Below, in pieces: positions 1-9,918 of a stretch of DNA of 64,000 nt. The position numbers were made by a program, and so were the translations under genes. The notes beneath the pieces were generated by a model. That model was not told the DNA's origin. It worked only from the letters and a program-made list of their open reading frames with translations, and ran no database searches. How positions within the stretch are numbered: position 1 is the stretch's first letter; every line of letters starts with the position of its first letter. Origin of the DNA: Candidatus Bathyarchaeota archaeon (GTDB lineage Archaea > Thermoproteota > Bathyarchaeia > Bathyarchaeales > Bathycorpusculaceae); assembly GCA_963775465.1 (NCBI GenBank), contig CAVZIW010000006.1:252755-316754 (forward strand), in the 5' to 3' direction.

Positions 1-1
1 C

Positions 2-586
2 CAAGCTAAGCAAAATTTCAGCGAGAAATTTTGGAACCCGCAGAAAAACTGCCTCTACGATGTAATCGATGAAGAGAGCTTAGATGCTTCTATTCGTCCA
101 AACCAAATATTCGCAGTCTCCCTTGACTATACTATGCTTAACATCGAAAAGAGTCAAAGTGTTGTTGAACTCGTAAATCGTGAACTTGTAACACCCTACG
201 GTTTAAGGACACTATCTCTGGGCGACCCCAAGTTCATTGGGAAATGTGCAGGAGACAGCCGAAGCAGAGATAGGGCTTACCACAATGGAACGATTTGGCC
301 ATGGCTACTAGGACCCTACGTTACGGCGTACCTAAAAGTCAATGATTACACTGAAAAGGCACGTCAGCAAATGCTCGAAAACCTTGTGCTGCCTCTTTTC
401 ACTACAGCAATCCATCAAGGTTGTTTAGGAACCATAAATGAAATATACGACTCTGATCCCCCAAACGAACCCCGAGGCTGCATCTCGCAAGCATGGAGCG
501 TTGCAGAACCCTTACGAGCCTATGTTGAAGATATAATGCAAGTTAAGCCCAAGAGATCTTCGGGGTTCTTAGTCCTTAAGCATTGA
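2..586 (+). CDS. Amylo-alpha-1,6-glucosidase / glycogen debranching enzyme, C-terminal part (5' end outside the window)
   Basis: Frame is open from base 2 (QAKQNFSEKFWN...IRPNQIFAVSL). Contains the GDE_C-type motifs TPYGLRTL, AYHNGTIWPWLLG and GCISQAWSVAE. Confidence 0.9.
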   Translation, partial: QAKQNFSEKFWNPQKNCLYDVIDEESLDASIRPNQIFAVSLDYTMLNIEKSQSVVELVNRELVTPYGLRTLSLGDPKFIGKCAGDSRSRDRAYHNGTIWPWLLGPYVTAYLKVNDYTEKARQQMLENLVLPLFTTAIHQGCLGTINEIYDSDPPNEPRGCISQAWSVAEPLRAYVEDIMQVKPKRSSGFLVLKH

Positions 587-1616
587 TCGATTTTTTTAGG
601 CTTTCAGCAGCGCTTTCTGGCGTGACTGTATTGATGTAGACGCCCGTGCTTTTCTCAAAACCTGCCCACGTCACCAGTTTGGGGTATACCTCCAAATGCC
701 AATGATAATAATCTACTGCATTTGGGTCAATTGAGATGTGGAAGCCGAAATTGTAGGGAGGGTCATTGACAACATCTTTTAGGGCTCTGAGGCTTGTTTG
801 AAGGGTTCTTGCAAACGATAAAGCCTCATTCCCAGATAAATTTAGGATGTTCGGGGAGTGTTTTTTAGGAATTATCCAGAATTCCATCGGGTTGATGCTG
901 GCGTAGGGAGCAAAAATCAAAAATTCACCGTTTTCTAATATATTTCTTGAACTTTGTGCTTCCTTCTTGATTATACCGCAGAAAACACATTTTTTATGTT
1001 CCTCAAAAAATGATTTGCTGGCTACTTGCTCTTTTTGTAGTAATGTGGGTATCATTGGGGTTGCTATTATTTGGCTGTGAGCATGGGATAATGATGCTCC
1101 AGCTTCTCTGCCATAGTTGCGGAAAATCGACACATACTTAACATAGGGTTTGTTACGTAGTTCGTTTAGTCGGTCAATATAGGCTTTTATTATAAGTTCA
1201 AGTTGATCCAGCTTCGCATCGGTCGGTTCTTCGTTATGGATTGGTGATTCAACAATGACCTCATGATGTCCGATTGCGTAACCGAAGTCTTTATTTCTAA
1301 ATATCTTTGTTGTTTCTTCTGGAACTTTGGGCGGAGTGAATGCAGGGAATAAGTTTGGTATAACTCTCACAAGCCAATCTTTAGATCGCTCTCCCAGGCT
1401 TGGGTCTTGAAGGCGTTTTATCTCGCCGTTTACCTTCTGGTAGAGCATGATTGCGGGGGGTGTCATATTTTCGTTGCCAACGCACAGAGGACAAACAGAT
1501 GTGTTTATTTGTGCGGGTTTGGGTTTCGCCAAGTCAGTGGGTCGGCGTGCTCGTTCCATGGCAATGACTACCCAGCGGTCGAGTAAGTAATCCTTTCTTA
1601 GTTCATTGTAAGGCAT
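576..1616 (-). CDS. galT: Galactose-1-phosphate uridylyltransferase (HIT-like GalT)
   Basis: ELRKD..WVVIA..RARRP N-terminus, CPLC, IPNLFPA and GASLSHAHSQ (HxHxQ catalytic motif). Start moved from 1649 to the ATG at 1616 (MPYNELR). Confidence 0.9.
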   Translation of the reverse strand: MPYNELRKDYLLDRWVVIAMERARRPTDLAKPKPAQINTSVCPLCVGNENMTPPAIMLYQKVNGEIKRLQDPSLGERSKDWLVRVIPNLFPAFTPPKVPEETTKIFRNKDFGYAIGHHEVIVESPIHNEEPTDAKLDQLELIIKAYIDRLNELRNKPYVKYVSIFRNYGREAGASLSHAHSQIIATPMIPTLLQKEQVASKSFFEEHKKCVFCGIIKKEAQSSRNILENGEFLIFAPYASINPMEFWIIPKKHSPNILNLSGNEALSFARTLQTSLRALKDVVNDPPYNFGFHISIDPNAVDYYHWHLEVYPKLVTWAGFEKSTGVYINTVTPESAAESLKKSINA

Positions 1617-1758
1617 GCTTTCCACAGGCAAATGGGGGCACTGAGTCATTTTAGCATAACAATAGAATCAATATTGGTATTGTTTCCATTGCCAAGCTCA
1701 CTCCCACTGTCTTTTTTCACCCCACAAGTTTTCAACTTTCAAAAGTTCAACGGCATTA

Positions 1759-1968
1759 TTAAGGTTTAGTGGAAAAAAAGTGACCATTCCTTTCATTTAG
1801 AGTCAATCTTTTTACTACTTTCAGATATTTGATTGGAATATCACGGTCAATAATTCTTATGTAAATAAGGTGTTTTCTATCTATAACTAAAGGGTTCTTA
1901 TTTTCATCTCTCTTGAATTTGAAAGGGTAATTCCAATCTAAATAAATTGGACACCCCATCTGCCTCAA
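1759..1968 (-). CDS. Small hypothetical protein; frame stays open upstream to about 2065
   Basis: ORF track only. Same strand as and downstream of the MEPAH gene. No recognisable motif. Confidence 0.3.
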   Translation of the reverse strand: MRQMGCPIYLDWNYPFKFKRDENKNPLVIDRKHLIYIRIIDRDIPIKYLKVVKRLTLNERNGHFFSTKP

Positions 1969-2134
1969 CCGTCTACCTGTAATTTGCAGAATAATTCCGA
2001 CTGTACTTTGGTCATTTTTATTTTTACAACTCTTTGAAAACTACCAACTAAATTTGACTTTTTCAGTTTATTTTGAAATGCTGTGAACCATAGTTAAACT
2101 AAAAATGGGGGTAAAATGAAAAACAAACAAATGT

Positions 2135-2860
2135 TTATGAATATTTTTCTAGCAATTCTTTTACTGCTTTTAGCAACTCTGCGGGGTTATCCTTTAGCTG
2201 TTCGCTTAATCTGAAATGCGCTGGTTCCATCACTTCCGGTCGAACGACGCGTATTTTGTCTCTAATGGTGCTTATCCGAGAAGCAAGGGTCAATTCAGGA
2301 TATATTTCATCAATGACAGCAATAAGAACAGATTCTTCAGGTTGCAGGACCACTTGCGGATCAAACCAGTGAGCGGGCTCCATGACTTCGGGTCTTACGG
2401 CTATCGATGCACCGTGGGATGCAGTAGTTAATACTGGAGCAGTAAGGATTGGTTTTTTGAAGTGGGCGGGTTCCATCCAATCCGTCTTAAGTTTAAGTCT
2501 TAGTGCATCAAACCAAATTGCGTATAGACAGTATTTGCCTACAGAAGCTTTGATAGTGGTTTCTTTAATCTTGGAAAGCGCATTTTTTAGTTCACTTTCA
2601 AAGAGGGTTCCTCTAAGGTTATCGCCACCTATGATGAGGTTCGCGACATTTCCTTTTTCACCGATTTCAACTACAATTGGAATTGTTGTCGTAACAACAA
2701 AACCAATTTTTCTTGAAACGCTATCGAAAGCATTATCGATCGCCTTTTGATATTTTTCCTTAATGACTCGATATATTGCAAGCAGATCTTCGTAATGTTT
2801 TATGATTCCAGGGTGTGCGGGTTCCATCCAATCGCGCAGTCGAAGGTTTTTCTCAGTCAA
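2135..2860 (-). CDS. MEPAH-repeat protein; putative substrate or precursor of the adjacent B12-radical SAM enzyme
   Basis: Four MEPAH copies (DWMEPAHP, DWMEPAHF, EVMEPAHW, EVMEPAHF). TTG start lies 4 nt after the rSAM stop, with a GAGGTGA SD overlapping that stop. Confidence 0.8.
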   Translation of the reverse strand: MTEKNLRLRDWMEPAHPGIIKHYEDLLAIYRVIKEKYQKAIDNAFDSVSRKIGFVVTTTIPIVVEIGEKGNVANLIIGGDNLRGTLFESELKNALSKIKETTIKASVGKYCLYAIWFDALRLKLKTDWMEPAHFKKPILTAPVLTTASHGASIAVRPEVMEPAHWFDPQVVLQPEESVLIAVIDEIYPELTLASRISTIRDKIRVVRPEVMEPAHFRLSEQLKDNPAELLKAVKELLEKYS

Positions 2861-2864
2861 TTTT

Positions 2865-4619
2865 TCACCTCCTTTGTTCTTCTTCTAGTTTCTTTTTGAA
2901 GAAGTTATAGGGAATCACATCTGGAGAAAGACCAATAAAATCAAGTACACTGGCCTGAGGACCAAGTGCCTGATTTTGAAAGCTGTTTTTCATGTGATTG
3001 AATGATTGTTGTCCAGAGTTTTCTAAAATTGCATGAGCATAAATCGAGGGGACAGTTTTTTCCAGGTTATTCTTGTTTTTGTATGCCTCTTCGATCCAAT
3101 CGATTATGGTTTGCCCTTGTAACCGTAGAATGCTACTTCTCATATCAATTTGCGCCCGCGTTTCTTGCGTAAAGTTGGCAATAGTTGCTTCGTCATGTTT
3201 TCCTTTAGATACGAAATCGTAGATTGTGCTTAGCCAGTGGTATGTATCGAGATTGGTTTGTTTTATAAAATTCTTAACTTCGCTGCGTAAGGTTTCAGAA
3301 AGTAAGTCGGGGTAGAAACGTCTTAGAAGTTGGAAGTAGAAATCCACTTGCATGTTGAAGTAATGCAACCCATAGTCGCTGAAATTGCGGTCAAAGAAGG
3401 CGTAGTTTGCTATCTGATGGAATAATTCGCATTTTGGGTCCGTTAAGCGATAGTCGAAGCCGAAATAACTTCCTAAAAGGCGGTTTTCAGCTTTTAGTTT
3501 GGCTTCTAAGCCGGTGCCTGCATAGGCTTCTGCACGGCAAAAGTTAAATGGGTTATCAAGGTGTCTTTCCATGAATCGGATATTTAGCAAAATGTCTTCC
3601 ATTGAGGCGTCGGGTTCAAACATCAAGAAGTTGTAGGCTACATGGATGTCAAAGTCGTTGAGTACCGTAAGGGCATTGAGTGTCTGCTCGATCGTTTGTA
3701 TGCGATTTAAGTTTTTTAGGCCATTTGCTGAGGCATTTTCCACTCCTAAGAAGACTCTGAATAGTCCTAATTCGTCAAGTATTTTGATGGATTCGCGGTT
3801 TATGCTTTCAGGTCTAGCTTTGATGGCAATAGCGATTCCTTCTATTTTCTCTTGCTTTAACTGATCACGCAAAAGTCTGAAACGTTTAACTGTTTGTTGC
3901 TGGTTGGGAAGGAAGAAATTGTCGTCTTGAAAATTAAAAATTCGAATGCCATGCTCAAAATAGAGTTGCTTCATCTCTGCAACTATGTTGTCGACGCTAC
4001 GATAACGGAACTTCTTACCTCCACCTTGTTCATACCAAGCGTTGATGCTGCAAAAGGCGCAGTTTCGCCAGCAACCACGGCTGCTTAGAATGCTGCTGAT
4101 TTTTTTTCCAAAGTATTCGTGGAAATGCTCTCGTTTGGGGAAAGGTAAAGAATCCAAGTCCTCCTTATTGCTGCTGGCTGGATTACAAGTAATTTTGCCG
4201 TCTGTGTTTCGGTAGCATAAAGCTGAGACAAGAGAGAGGTGGTTGAGGTTTTTTGCAAGTGAAACCATTAGGTCTTCGCCTTCACCTAGTGCAACTGAGT
4301 TTATGGATGGATATTCGATGAGTAGCTGTTCGCTGTTGAAAGATGCAAAATGTCCTCCAGCAACTATATGCCCCTTATAACCTGCATCTCGAAGGCCTTG
4401 TGCTATGTTGAGAAACTCCCTGGCACGGCTGGTAAATACCATGGATAAACCTACAATTTGAGGATTAAAGTTGAGGATGTCTTGAATTACTTTTGGCTGG
4501 TCGTAGTTTGAGTTGAAGGGAATTATTTGGGCGTGTTGCTTTTTAGCTTCAAGTGAGGAGGCTATGTAGCGTAGCCCCAGATTTTCTTCTAGTTCGGCTC
4601 CTACAAGTGCTATTTTCAT
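2865..4619 (-). CDS. Cobalamin (B12)-binding radical SAM enzyme
   Basis: N-terminal B12-binding Rossmann domain (LGLRYIASSL, VGLS, AGGHFAS, GEGE), SRGCWRNCAFC (CxxxCxxC), FQDDNF, LGVEN. Likely start is the ATG at 4619 (MKIALVG), preceded by GGAG. Confidence 0.92.
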   Translation of the reverse strand: MKIALVGAELEENLGLRYIASSLEAKKQHAQIIPFNSNYDQPKVIQDILNFNPQIVGLSMVFTSRAREFLNIAQGLRDAGYKGHIVAGGHFASFNSEQLLIEYPSINSVALGEGEDLMVSLAKNLNHLSLVSALCYRNTDGKITCNPASSNKEDLDSLPFPKREHFHEYFGKKISSILSSRGCWRNCAFCSINAWYEQGGGKKFRYRSVDNIVAEMKQLYFEHGIRIFNFQDDNFFLPNQQQTVKRFRLLRDQLKQEKIEGIAIAIKARPESINRESIKILDELGLFRVFLGVENASANGLKNLNRIQTIEQTLNALTVLNDFDIHVAYNFLMFEPDASMEDILLNIRFMERHLDNPFNFCRAEAYAGTGLEAKLKAENRLLGSYFGFDYRLTDPKCELFHQIANYAFFDRNFSDYGLHYFNMQVDFYFQLLRRFYPDLLSETLRSEVKNFIKQTNLDTYHWLSTIYDFVSKGKHDEATIANFTQETRAQIDMRSSILRLQGQTIIDWIEEAYKNKNNLEKTVPSIYAHAILENSGQQSFNHMKNSFQNQALGPQASVLDFIGLSPDVIPYNFFKKKLEEEQRR

Positions 4620-5017
4620 TTTCTTAACTCCCATAAATTCGAAAGCAGGTATCTGCCTTCTACTGACATATTTCTTGCTTCTCAAAGTTTAATGCAAGAT
4701 ATAGGTAACTTCAACTCACGAATCATATTTAATAATATGTGACTGTAAGGAGACTATGACAGAATTATGTTAGCATCACACAACCCCTACTCTCTCCGTT
4801 GAAATCAGCTTTTGATTAATGCTTCATCAAAAAAATGAATAAGTGATAAGGCGTATTTTTTCACTCATTAATTATTTGTTTTGGAAGACCAACTTAAGCA
4901 GACAATCAAAGCAAAAGTCTCAGTTAAGTAAACGAAAAAACTGTAGGTTCAAAAGTAGAAATAGGAATGGAGGATAAACCTCTCACGTTTACATTTTGAG
5001 TGGCTATTAAGTGGCTA

Positions 5018-7015
5018 TTAAGGTGTTAAGGCGAAGGCTATTGTGCGTGAAGCATCGTACTGGCTTTGACGTGAAATTCCGTTGATTGCTCGCGCAGCTA
5101 CGTACAGCTGAACTGCAAACGCAGCGCTTGGGCATATTCCCAGCAGGTTGGCAACGGTTTCTTTGTAGATGAAAGGGGCAAGTGAGACTGACCCTGAAGT
5201 GCTGGAGATGACGTTTGGTCCTTTGATGATTCCGAAGGAGTAGTTAGCCATGAGAGTTGGATGAGAAGCAACATAGAATATATGGACAAAATCGGTTTTA
5301 TTGTTGAATTTAAGCATTCCACATTGGTTCGCGGCTACACCTGCTACTGTTGGCATGTCAATTGAAGCAATACATTTGTTGTTGTCGACTAGAACTTTTA
5401 GAGATTGAGTATGCAAGACAACGCCAGCTGCGTTAGTAAAGTCAATTTTTAATGTGTGCAAGCCATTAGTTAAAGATGAACTATCTAATATCATGCCTAG
5501 GTCAGTGTTCATGAAAAAGTCACCCAGCTGATGGATAGCAAAATACCCCGATTGAGCATTTATAATGTTAGGAACAAAATGAATTGGAATTTCATATTTG
5601 CCATTAATGGTGTTGAGCTTTAGGTCCCACCAAGTATCAAATCGCAAGGCACCATCCACAAACACTCGATAGTAACGCACCCCACTCTGCCAAGATAATA
5701 GTTGATTGATTTGCAGTGACAGAACTCCGCCGAATGGGACATTCTTGGCGAATTGGTATGGGTACAATGGCTGAGTTGTTGTGTCAACTTTCCCTGCGGC
5801 GGTAACCAGATTCCATGGAATCAGCCCTATTCCTTTGAACAGCCCTGAAGTGACGAATCCGCCTAGAATATTGATAAGGTCAATTTCCTGATCAGAGCAC
5901 ACCAATATACGCATAGCATCAATGCAGGCGACGCTTGACGGGCGGACTCCTACGCTGTCGGTCAGATGCCGAACACTACCGGGGTGAGGAACAGTATCCA
6001 CTAAAGTTATGTGGTTTGCAGGATCACGTTCAGGCAAGATAATCGTAGTTTGAGCAGAATCAAGCCATGTGAGGAAAAACGGATTAGTCAATCCTGAAGC
6101 AATTGCCATTGGAACTCCACCTTGTAGTGAATACCTTGTTATGCGTCCGCCACCTGACTGCTCGCTTATGTAAGCATAGGCGAGATCCGAAGATACCAAC
6201 AATCCAACCGCATTGTTCAAACTGTTTATAAGAACGGTTTTTTGTAGAGTATTCAAGTCTACTCTTATGAGTCGACCTGGATTTGCGTATTCAACAACGT
6301 AAGCTTGATGATGATTCTCATCAAGGAATATTTGCTGAGGTGCCAGAAACCCTGAGGTTAGCACGACAGCTGCCGATCGGTTGGCATTTGTAAGGTTCAC
6401 TTTGAGCAAGTTTCCTGTTCGTTCTGTTACGTAGGCGGTCTTCTCGTCGCTGCTAACCGCGATGTCTTCTGGGTTAGTATAACCTGTTCCAATTATGTGA
6501 TAAGGACTTGCAAGTTTGTAGGTAACCCACTCAATTGTCATATCGTATCCATATTGAGCAACCCGGATTTTTGCGACGTTTCCATCTTTTGTCTGAACTG
6601 CAAAAACGTCGTTGTTTACAAGCTGATTTGAAGCGTCATTGTTGCCGATGATTGAAGTATTACCGTATGTTAAGGCTTGAAGTGCAACAGGGGTCAAAGC
6701 GGCAAAATCAATGTTTCCTAAATTCATTATACTAGCTCCGCCTGCCGGAACCATTTGTCTCTTTATACTATCAATCTGTTCCCACCAAATATCTCCAGGA
6801 CCATTCAAGTTCCCGCTTAATGTCCCTGTCTCACAGTCAAACACCCATGTTCCTTTAAGCACGGTTGTTCCTGAAGACAAAACTGAGCTAGAACGAATCA
6901 AATCCAAGAAACTAATAGTACCTTTAGAATATTCCACAAAAACTAGTTGATTCCGTTTAGAAAGAAAACGGCACCCAATAGCGGCACCTACTCCACCTAA
7001 TAATTTAGTTGTCAA
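5018..7015 (-). CDS. Beta-propeller (NHL/YncE-like) protein with an inserted domain and a C-terminal beta-rich domain; no signal peptide
   Basis: Repeated blade motifs GYTNPEDIAV, GFLAPQQIFL, SLNNAVGLLV, GLTNPFFLTW, GVRPSSVAC. Confidence 0.7.
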   Translation of the reverse strand: MTTKLLGGVGAAIGCRFLSKRNQLVFVEYSKGTISFLDLIRSSSVLSSGTTVLKGTWVFDCETGTLSGNLNGPGDIWWEQIDSIKRQMVPAGGASIMNLGNIDFAALTPVALQALTYGNTSIIGNNDASNQLVNNDVFAVQTKDGNVAKIRVAQYGYDMTIEWVTYKLASPYHIIGTGYTNPEDIAVSSDEKTAYVTERTGNLLKVNLTNANRSAAVVLTSGFLAPQQIFLDENHHQAYVVEYANPGRLIRVDLNTLQKTVLINSLNNAVGLLVSSDLAYAYISEQSGGGRITRYSLQGGVPMAIASGLTNPFFLTWLDSAQTTIILPERDPANHITLVDTVPHPGSVRHLTDSVGVRPSSVACIDAMRILVCSDQEIDLINILGGFVTSGLFKGIGLIPWNLVTAAGKVDTTTQPLYPYQFAKNVPFGGVLSLQINQLLSWQSGVRYYRVFVDGALRFDTWWDLKLNTINGKYEIPIHFVPNIINAQSGYFAIHQLGDFFMNTDLGMILDSSSLTNGLHTLKIDFTNAAGVVLHTQSLKVLVDNNKCIASIDMPTVAGVAANQCGMLKFNNKTDFVHIFYVASHPTLMANYSFGIIKGPNVISSTSGSVSLAPFIYKETVANLLGICPSAAFAVQLYVAARAINGISRQSQYDASRTIAFALTP

Positions 7016-7113
7016 AAGTAAAGCCTCTAACTATCACCGTAGGTTACGGTAATAGTTAAGTCTTTTTACCAATACTTCAACAAACGCATAACGCATCCAC
7101 AACAAAGCAAAAG

Positions 7114-7374
7114 TTAAAGTTCGCTTTCATTTAACGGTTCAGATTTGCGTTTAAAATCTAAAGGTAGATCCCGACAAAGTTCTTTTAATACTTCTTTAGC
7201 CAAGGCGTCTTCAAGTTCCTCTCCTGCAAGCAGGATTTGATGTTTCGAAACGTTGCTTTTCTTTATTTGCCTAATGTGAAGATTAACGTGATAGTCAATT
7301 GCTTTCGTCATCGCTTTTAGATCAGGAACTAAGAGAATCCTTTCTTTGCATTTTGGACAAACTATTTCAAGCAT
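7114..7374 (-). CDS. Small putative Zn-binding protein (CxxC...HxxxH)
   Basis: CPKC and HVNLH motifs in an 86-aa ORF. Confidence 0.6.
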   Translation of the reverse strand: MLEIVCPKCKERILLVPDLKAMTKAIDYHVNLHIRQIKKSNVSKHQILLAGEELEDALAKEVLKELCRDLPLDFKRKSEPLNESEL

Positions 7375-7473
7375 AACACGATCACGTTAGAATGAAACTT
7401 GATAATATTACTATATAGATAATGTATAGGTTTGTTGTAGGCTACATACAGTCACAAAAAACAAAAATTCTTA

Positions 7474-7824
7474 ATGACTCTAATTACCTCTAATAATGAA
7501 CAGGGGAAAATTTCTTATACTGTACCGCTTGATTATACCTTCAACCAGTTGAAAAAAATGCAACATTCAAAACTCATCAGCTACATCGATATGCTCAAAG
7601 TTTTGTTTAATACTGGTCCATTGAATAAGAATCAGTTGATTTTTGAGACAAAGCTAAAGGAAGATGAGTTAAGCGAAAAAATTGACTTACTCTTAAAGTT
7701 ACAGTTGATAAAGAACAAGGTTAATAGAAAAAACGAAATACTCTTTTCTATTTCCCAAAAAGGGATTAGCGCTCTAACGTTTTTCAAAGATGTGAATCTG
7801 CTTATTCATTATAATAAAGAATAA
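7474..7824 (+). CDS. Winged helix-turn-helix transcriptional regulator
   Basis: IDMLKVL..GPLNKNQLIFETKL...LLKLQLI....FSISQKG matches the archaeal wHTH pattern. Confidence 0.65.
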   Translation: MTLITSNNEQGKISYTVPLDYTFNQLKKMQHSKLISYIDMLKVLFNTGPLNKNQLIFETKLKEDELSEKIDLLLKLQLIKNKVNRKNEILFSISQKGISALTFFKDVNLLIHYNKE

Positions 7825-8382
7825 GAACTCCATCTAAAAACAATTCACAGCCTAAATTTCTAGTTTGCCGCAGGTATTTCATATAGTTTAATATCAAATT
7901 GTTAGCTTAAAAGTGGACGGAGTTCGTCGTTTAACCAGGCAAAAACAGATTGTATTTGAGGAAAGAACGGCGATCTTTCTAACGTGAGGACTAAACGGCG
8001 AAATCCGCATCACAAAATAAAGTTCAATCAATCCTTTAAACAGTTGTTGGCACTAGCACACAGCAACAAAAAGTGATGGCTTTTCTTGCAAACAAACTTG
8101 ATATTTTCATTGAAGCTATTTTCTAATTGTTGCTTATCCTTGAGGATTTTCAAAGAAAAAATATGATAACAGGCAAACCAATCGAAAACTGCATTTGTCA
8201 TAACTGAAATTGCTTTAAGAACCTTTGGGAAAACTTTTAATAATTTGAGGGTTTTGGAAGTCATGGTGGTTTCTTTTCCGCTTTCTAACTTTAGCAACAA
8301 GCAACTTAAGAAAAATCATGGTTCTCTTTTGAATGCAAAGGCGACAATTGAGCATAAACATCGAGAAAGGTCTGATCAATTA

Positions 8383-9729
8383 ATGTTTTCTCCGTTCGTT
8401 TACATATTTAACATAAATGACGATACGAAGTGTCTTTTCCATTCTTTGACGTTAAAGAAAGCATACCTAAAAAATGATGAATATATCACTGTATTAACTG
8501 ATATGGCTACGGATAACCTTACCGAATCTGTAAAGAGCTTACTTAATCTCGAATTTATTGTACCCCAAAGCTTTGATCAAGAGAGAGTTTTTTGCACATT
8601 GGCAGATAAAATGCTTAGAAAGACGCCATCTCCATTTCTATCCTACGTTTTAGTAACGGATTACTGCAACTTTAGATGCGGCTATTGCTTCATAGAGCAC
8701 TCTCTTAAAGGACCGAGCGTAAAAATGTCTAAGGAGGTAGCCGACAAAGTCATAAATGCTCTTATTACAACAGCAAAAGAAGTTAAAGAATACAAAGTTA
8801 CATTTTACGGAGGTGAACCTCTTAGTAATAGCGAAATCATCTTTTATATAATCGAAAAGCTTGAGAGGGAAGTCAAGAATAAGTTTACCTTTTCATGCGT
8901 AACGAATGGAAGCTTTGTAACAAAGGAATTAGCGAAAAAACTTAAAGAAAACAATGTTAGCGTTGGTTTATCTCTTGATGGTTGGCATGGAATTAATAGG
9001 AATCGTGTTTTTACTGAAGGAATCGAAACCTTCAATTCTACACTCCGAGCGCTAACTCTCTTGAATGAAGCTAGCGTAAATGTGGGAATATCCTGCACGA
9101 TTACCAAGCAGAACTACGAATATGCGGAGGAAATAGTCGATTTCTTTCACAAATTGGGAATTAAGAGTTTAGGTTTTAACTTGCTCACCAGAATCAAGGA
9201 CTCTACTCAATTCGAAGTGCCAGATCCAAAACAACTTGCTCATCATCTCTTTAAGGCGTACTTAAAAGCAAAAGAATTGCATATGTTTGAAGATCGGATA
9301 GACAAGCGAAGGGCGAGATATTTCTTTAGAGAAATTTTCCACGTATATGATTGCCCGGCATTTGGTCAGCAAATATTCTTTTCTCCATCCGGAACAGTTG
9401 GACCTTGCCAAGCCTTCTACCCGTCGGGAAAATATCAAATTCCAATTAAAGATGATTTAAAAGTTCAAGAAGAACCTCTTTTTTATAAATGGTTTGAATT
9501 GGGGACTCTAAAGAACAAAGAATGTATGAATTGCCCTGCGCTTGGAATATGCGGTGGTGCATGCACATATGATGTCTATATTAAAACTGGTCAATTAGGC
9601 ATAAAAGAAGACTATTTCTGTGCGTTTCAAAATGAAATTTTGAAATTGTTATTGGCGTATGATTTTCTAACAAAATCACAAAATAGTTCCAAAAGAAAGA
9701 ATCGGAAGCGAATACAACGCAAACTCTAA
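8383..9729 (+). CDS. Radical SAM / SPASM-domain peptide or protein maturase
   Basis: CNFRCGYC, FYGGEPL, VTNGS, SLDG. C-terminal SPASM cysteines CPAFG...GPC and CMNCPALGICGGAC...YFC. Likely start is the ATG at 8383 (ORF track starts at 8245). Confidence 0.92.
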   Translation: MFSPFVYIFNINDDTKCLFHSLTLKKAYLKNDEYITVLTDMATDNLTESVKSLLNLEFIVPQSFDQERVFCTLADKMLRKTPSPFLSYVLVTDYCNFRCGYCFIEHSLKGPSVKMSKEVADKVINALITTAKEVKEYKVTFYGGEPLSNSEIIFYIIEKLEREVKNKFTFSCVTNGSFVTKELAKKLKENNVSVGLSLDGWHGINRNRVFTEGIETFNSTLRALTLLNEASVNVGISCTITKQNYEYAEEIVDFFHKLGIKSLGFNLLTRIKDSTQFEVPDPKQLAHHLFKAYLKAKELHMFEDRIDKRRARYFFREIFHVYDCPAFGQQIFFSPSGTVGPCQAFYPSGKYQIPIKDDLKVQEEPLFYKWFELGTLKNKECMNCPALGICGGACTYDVYIKTGQLGIKEDYFCAFQNEILKLLLAYDFLTKSQNSSKRKNRKRIQRKL

Positions 9730-9918
9730 CAATGCCTTCTCTAATATTTTGCTTCTGTAATTTGTTTTGAGTGATTTCGATAAAGAGCGCTTACGTTAGC
9801 ATCAGTAAAGTTATTCATAGAAGCCAATTGCAGGGTCGGCAGCCTTATTTCTGGAGCGGGTTGTTTTAACAATAAATATAAATAACTGACATTTCATAGG
9901 TCATATTAGTGATTATTT

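Noticed and set aside
2216-2750. Plus-strand ORFs 2216-2431 and 2382-2750, and similar antisense ORFs across the window (e.g. 10203-10631, 11355-11735, 21296-21844, 60777-61367)
   Set aside because: Shadow ORFs opposite well-supported genes, with no independent motifs.
8028-8300. 90-aa minus-strand ORF upstream of the SPASM gene as a possible precursor peptide or integrase N-terminal fragment
   Set aside because: No repeated or recognisable motif and no clear SD. Cannot be supported from sequence alone.
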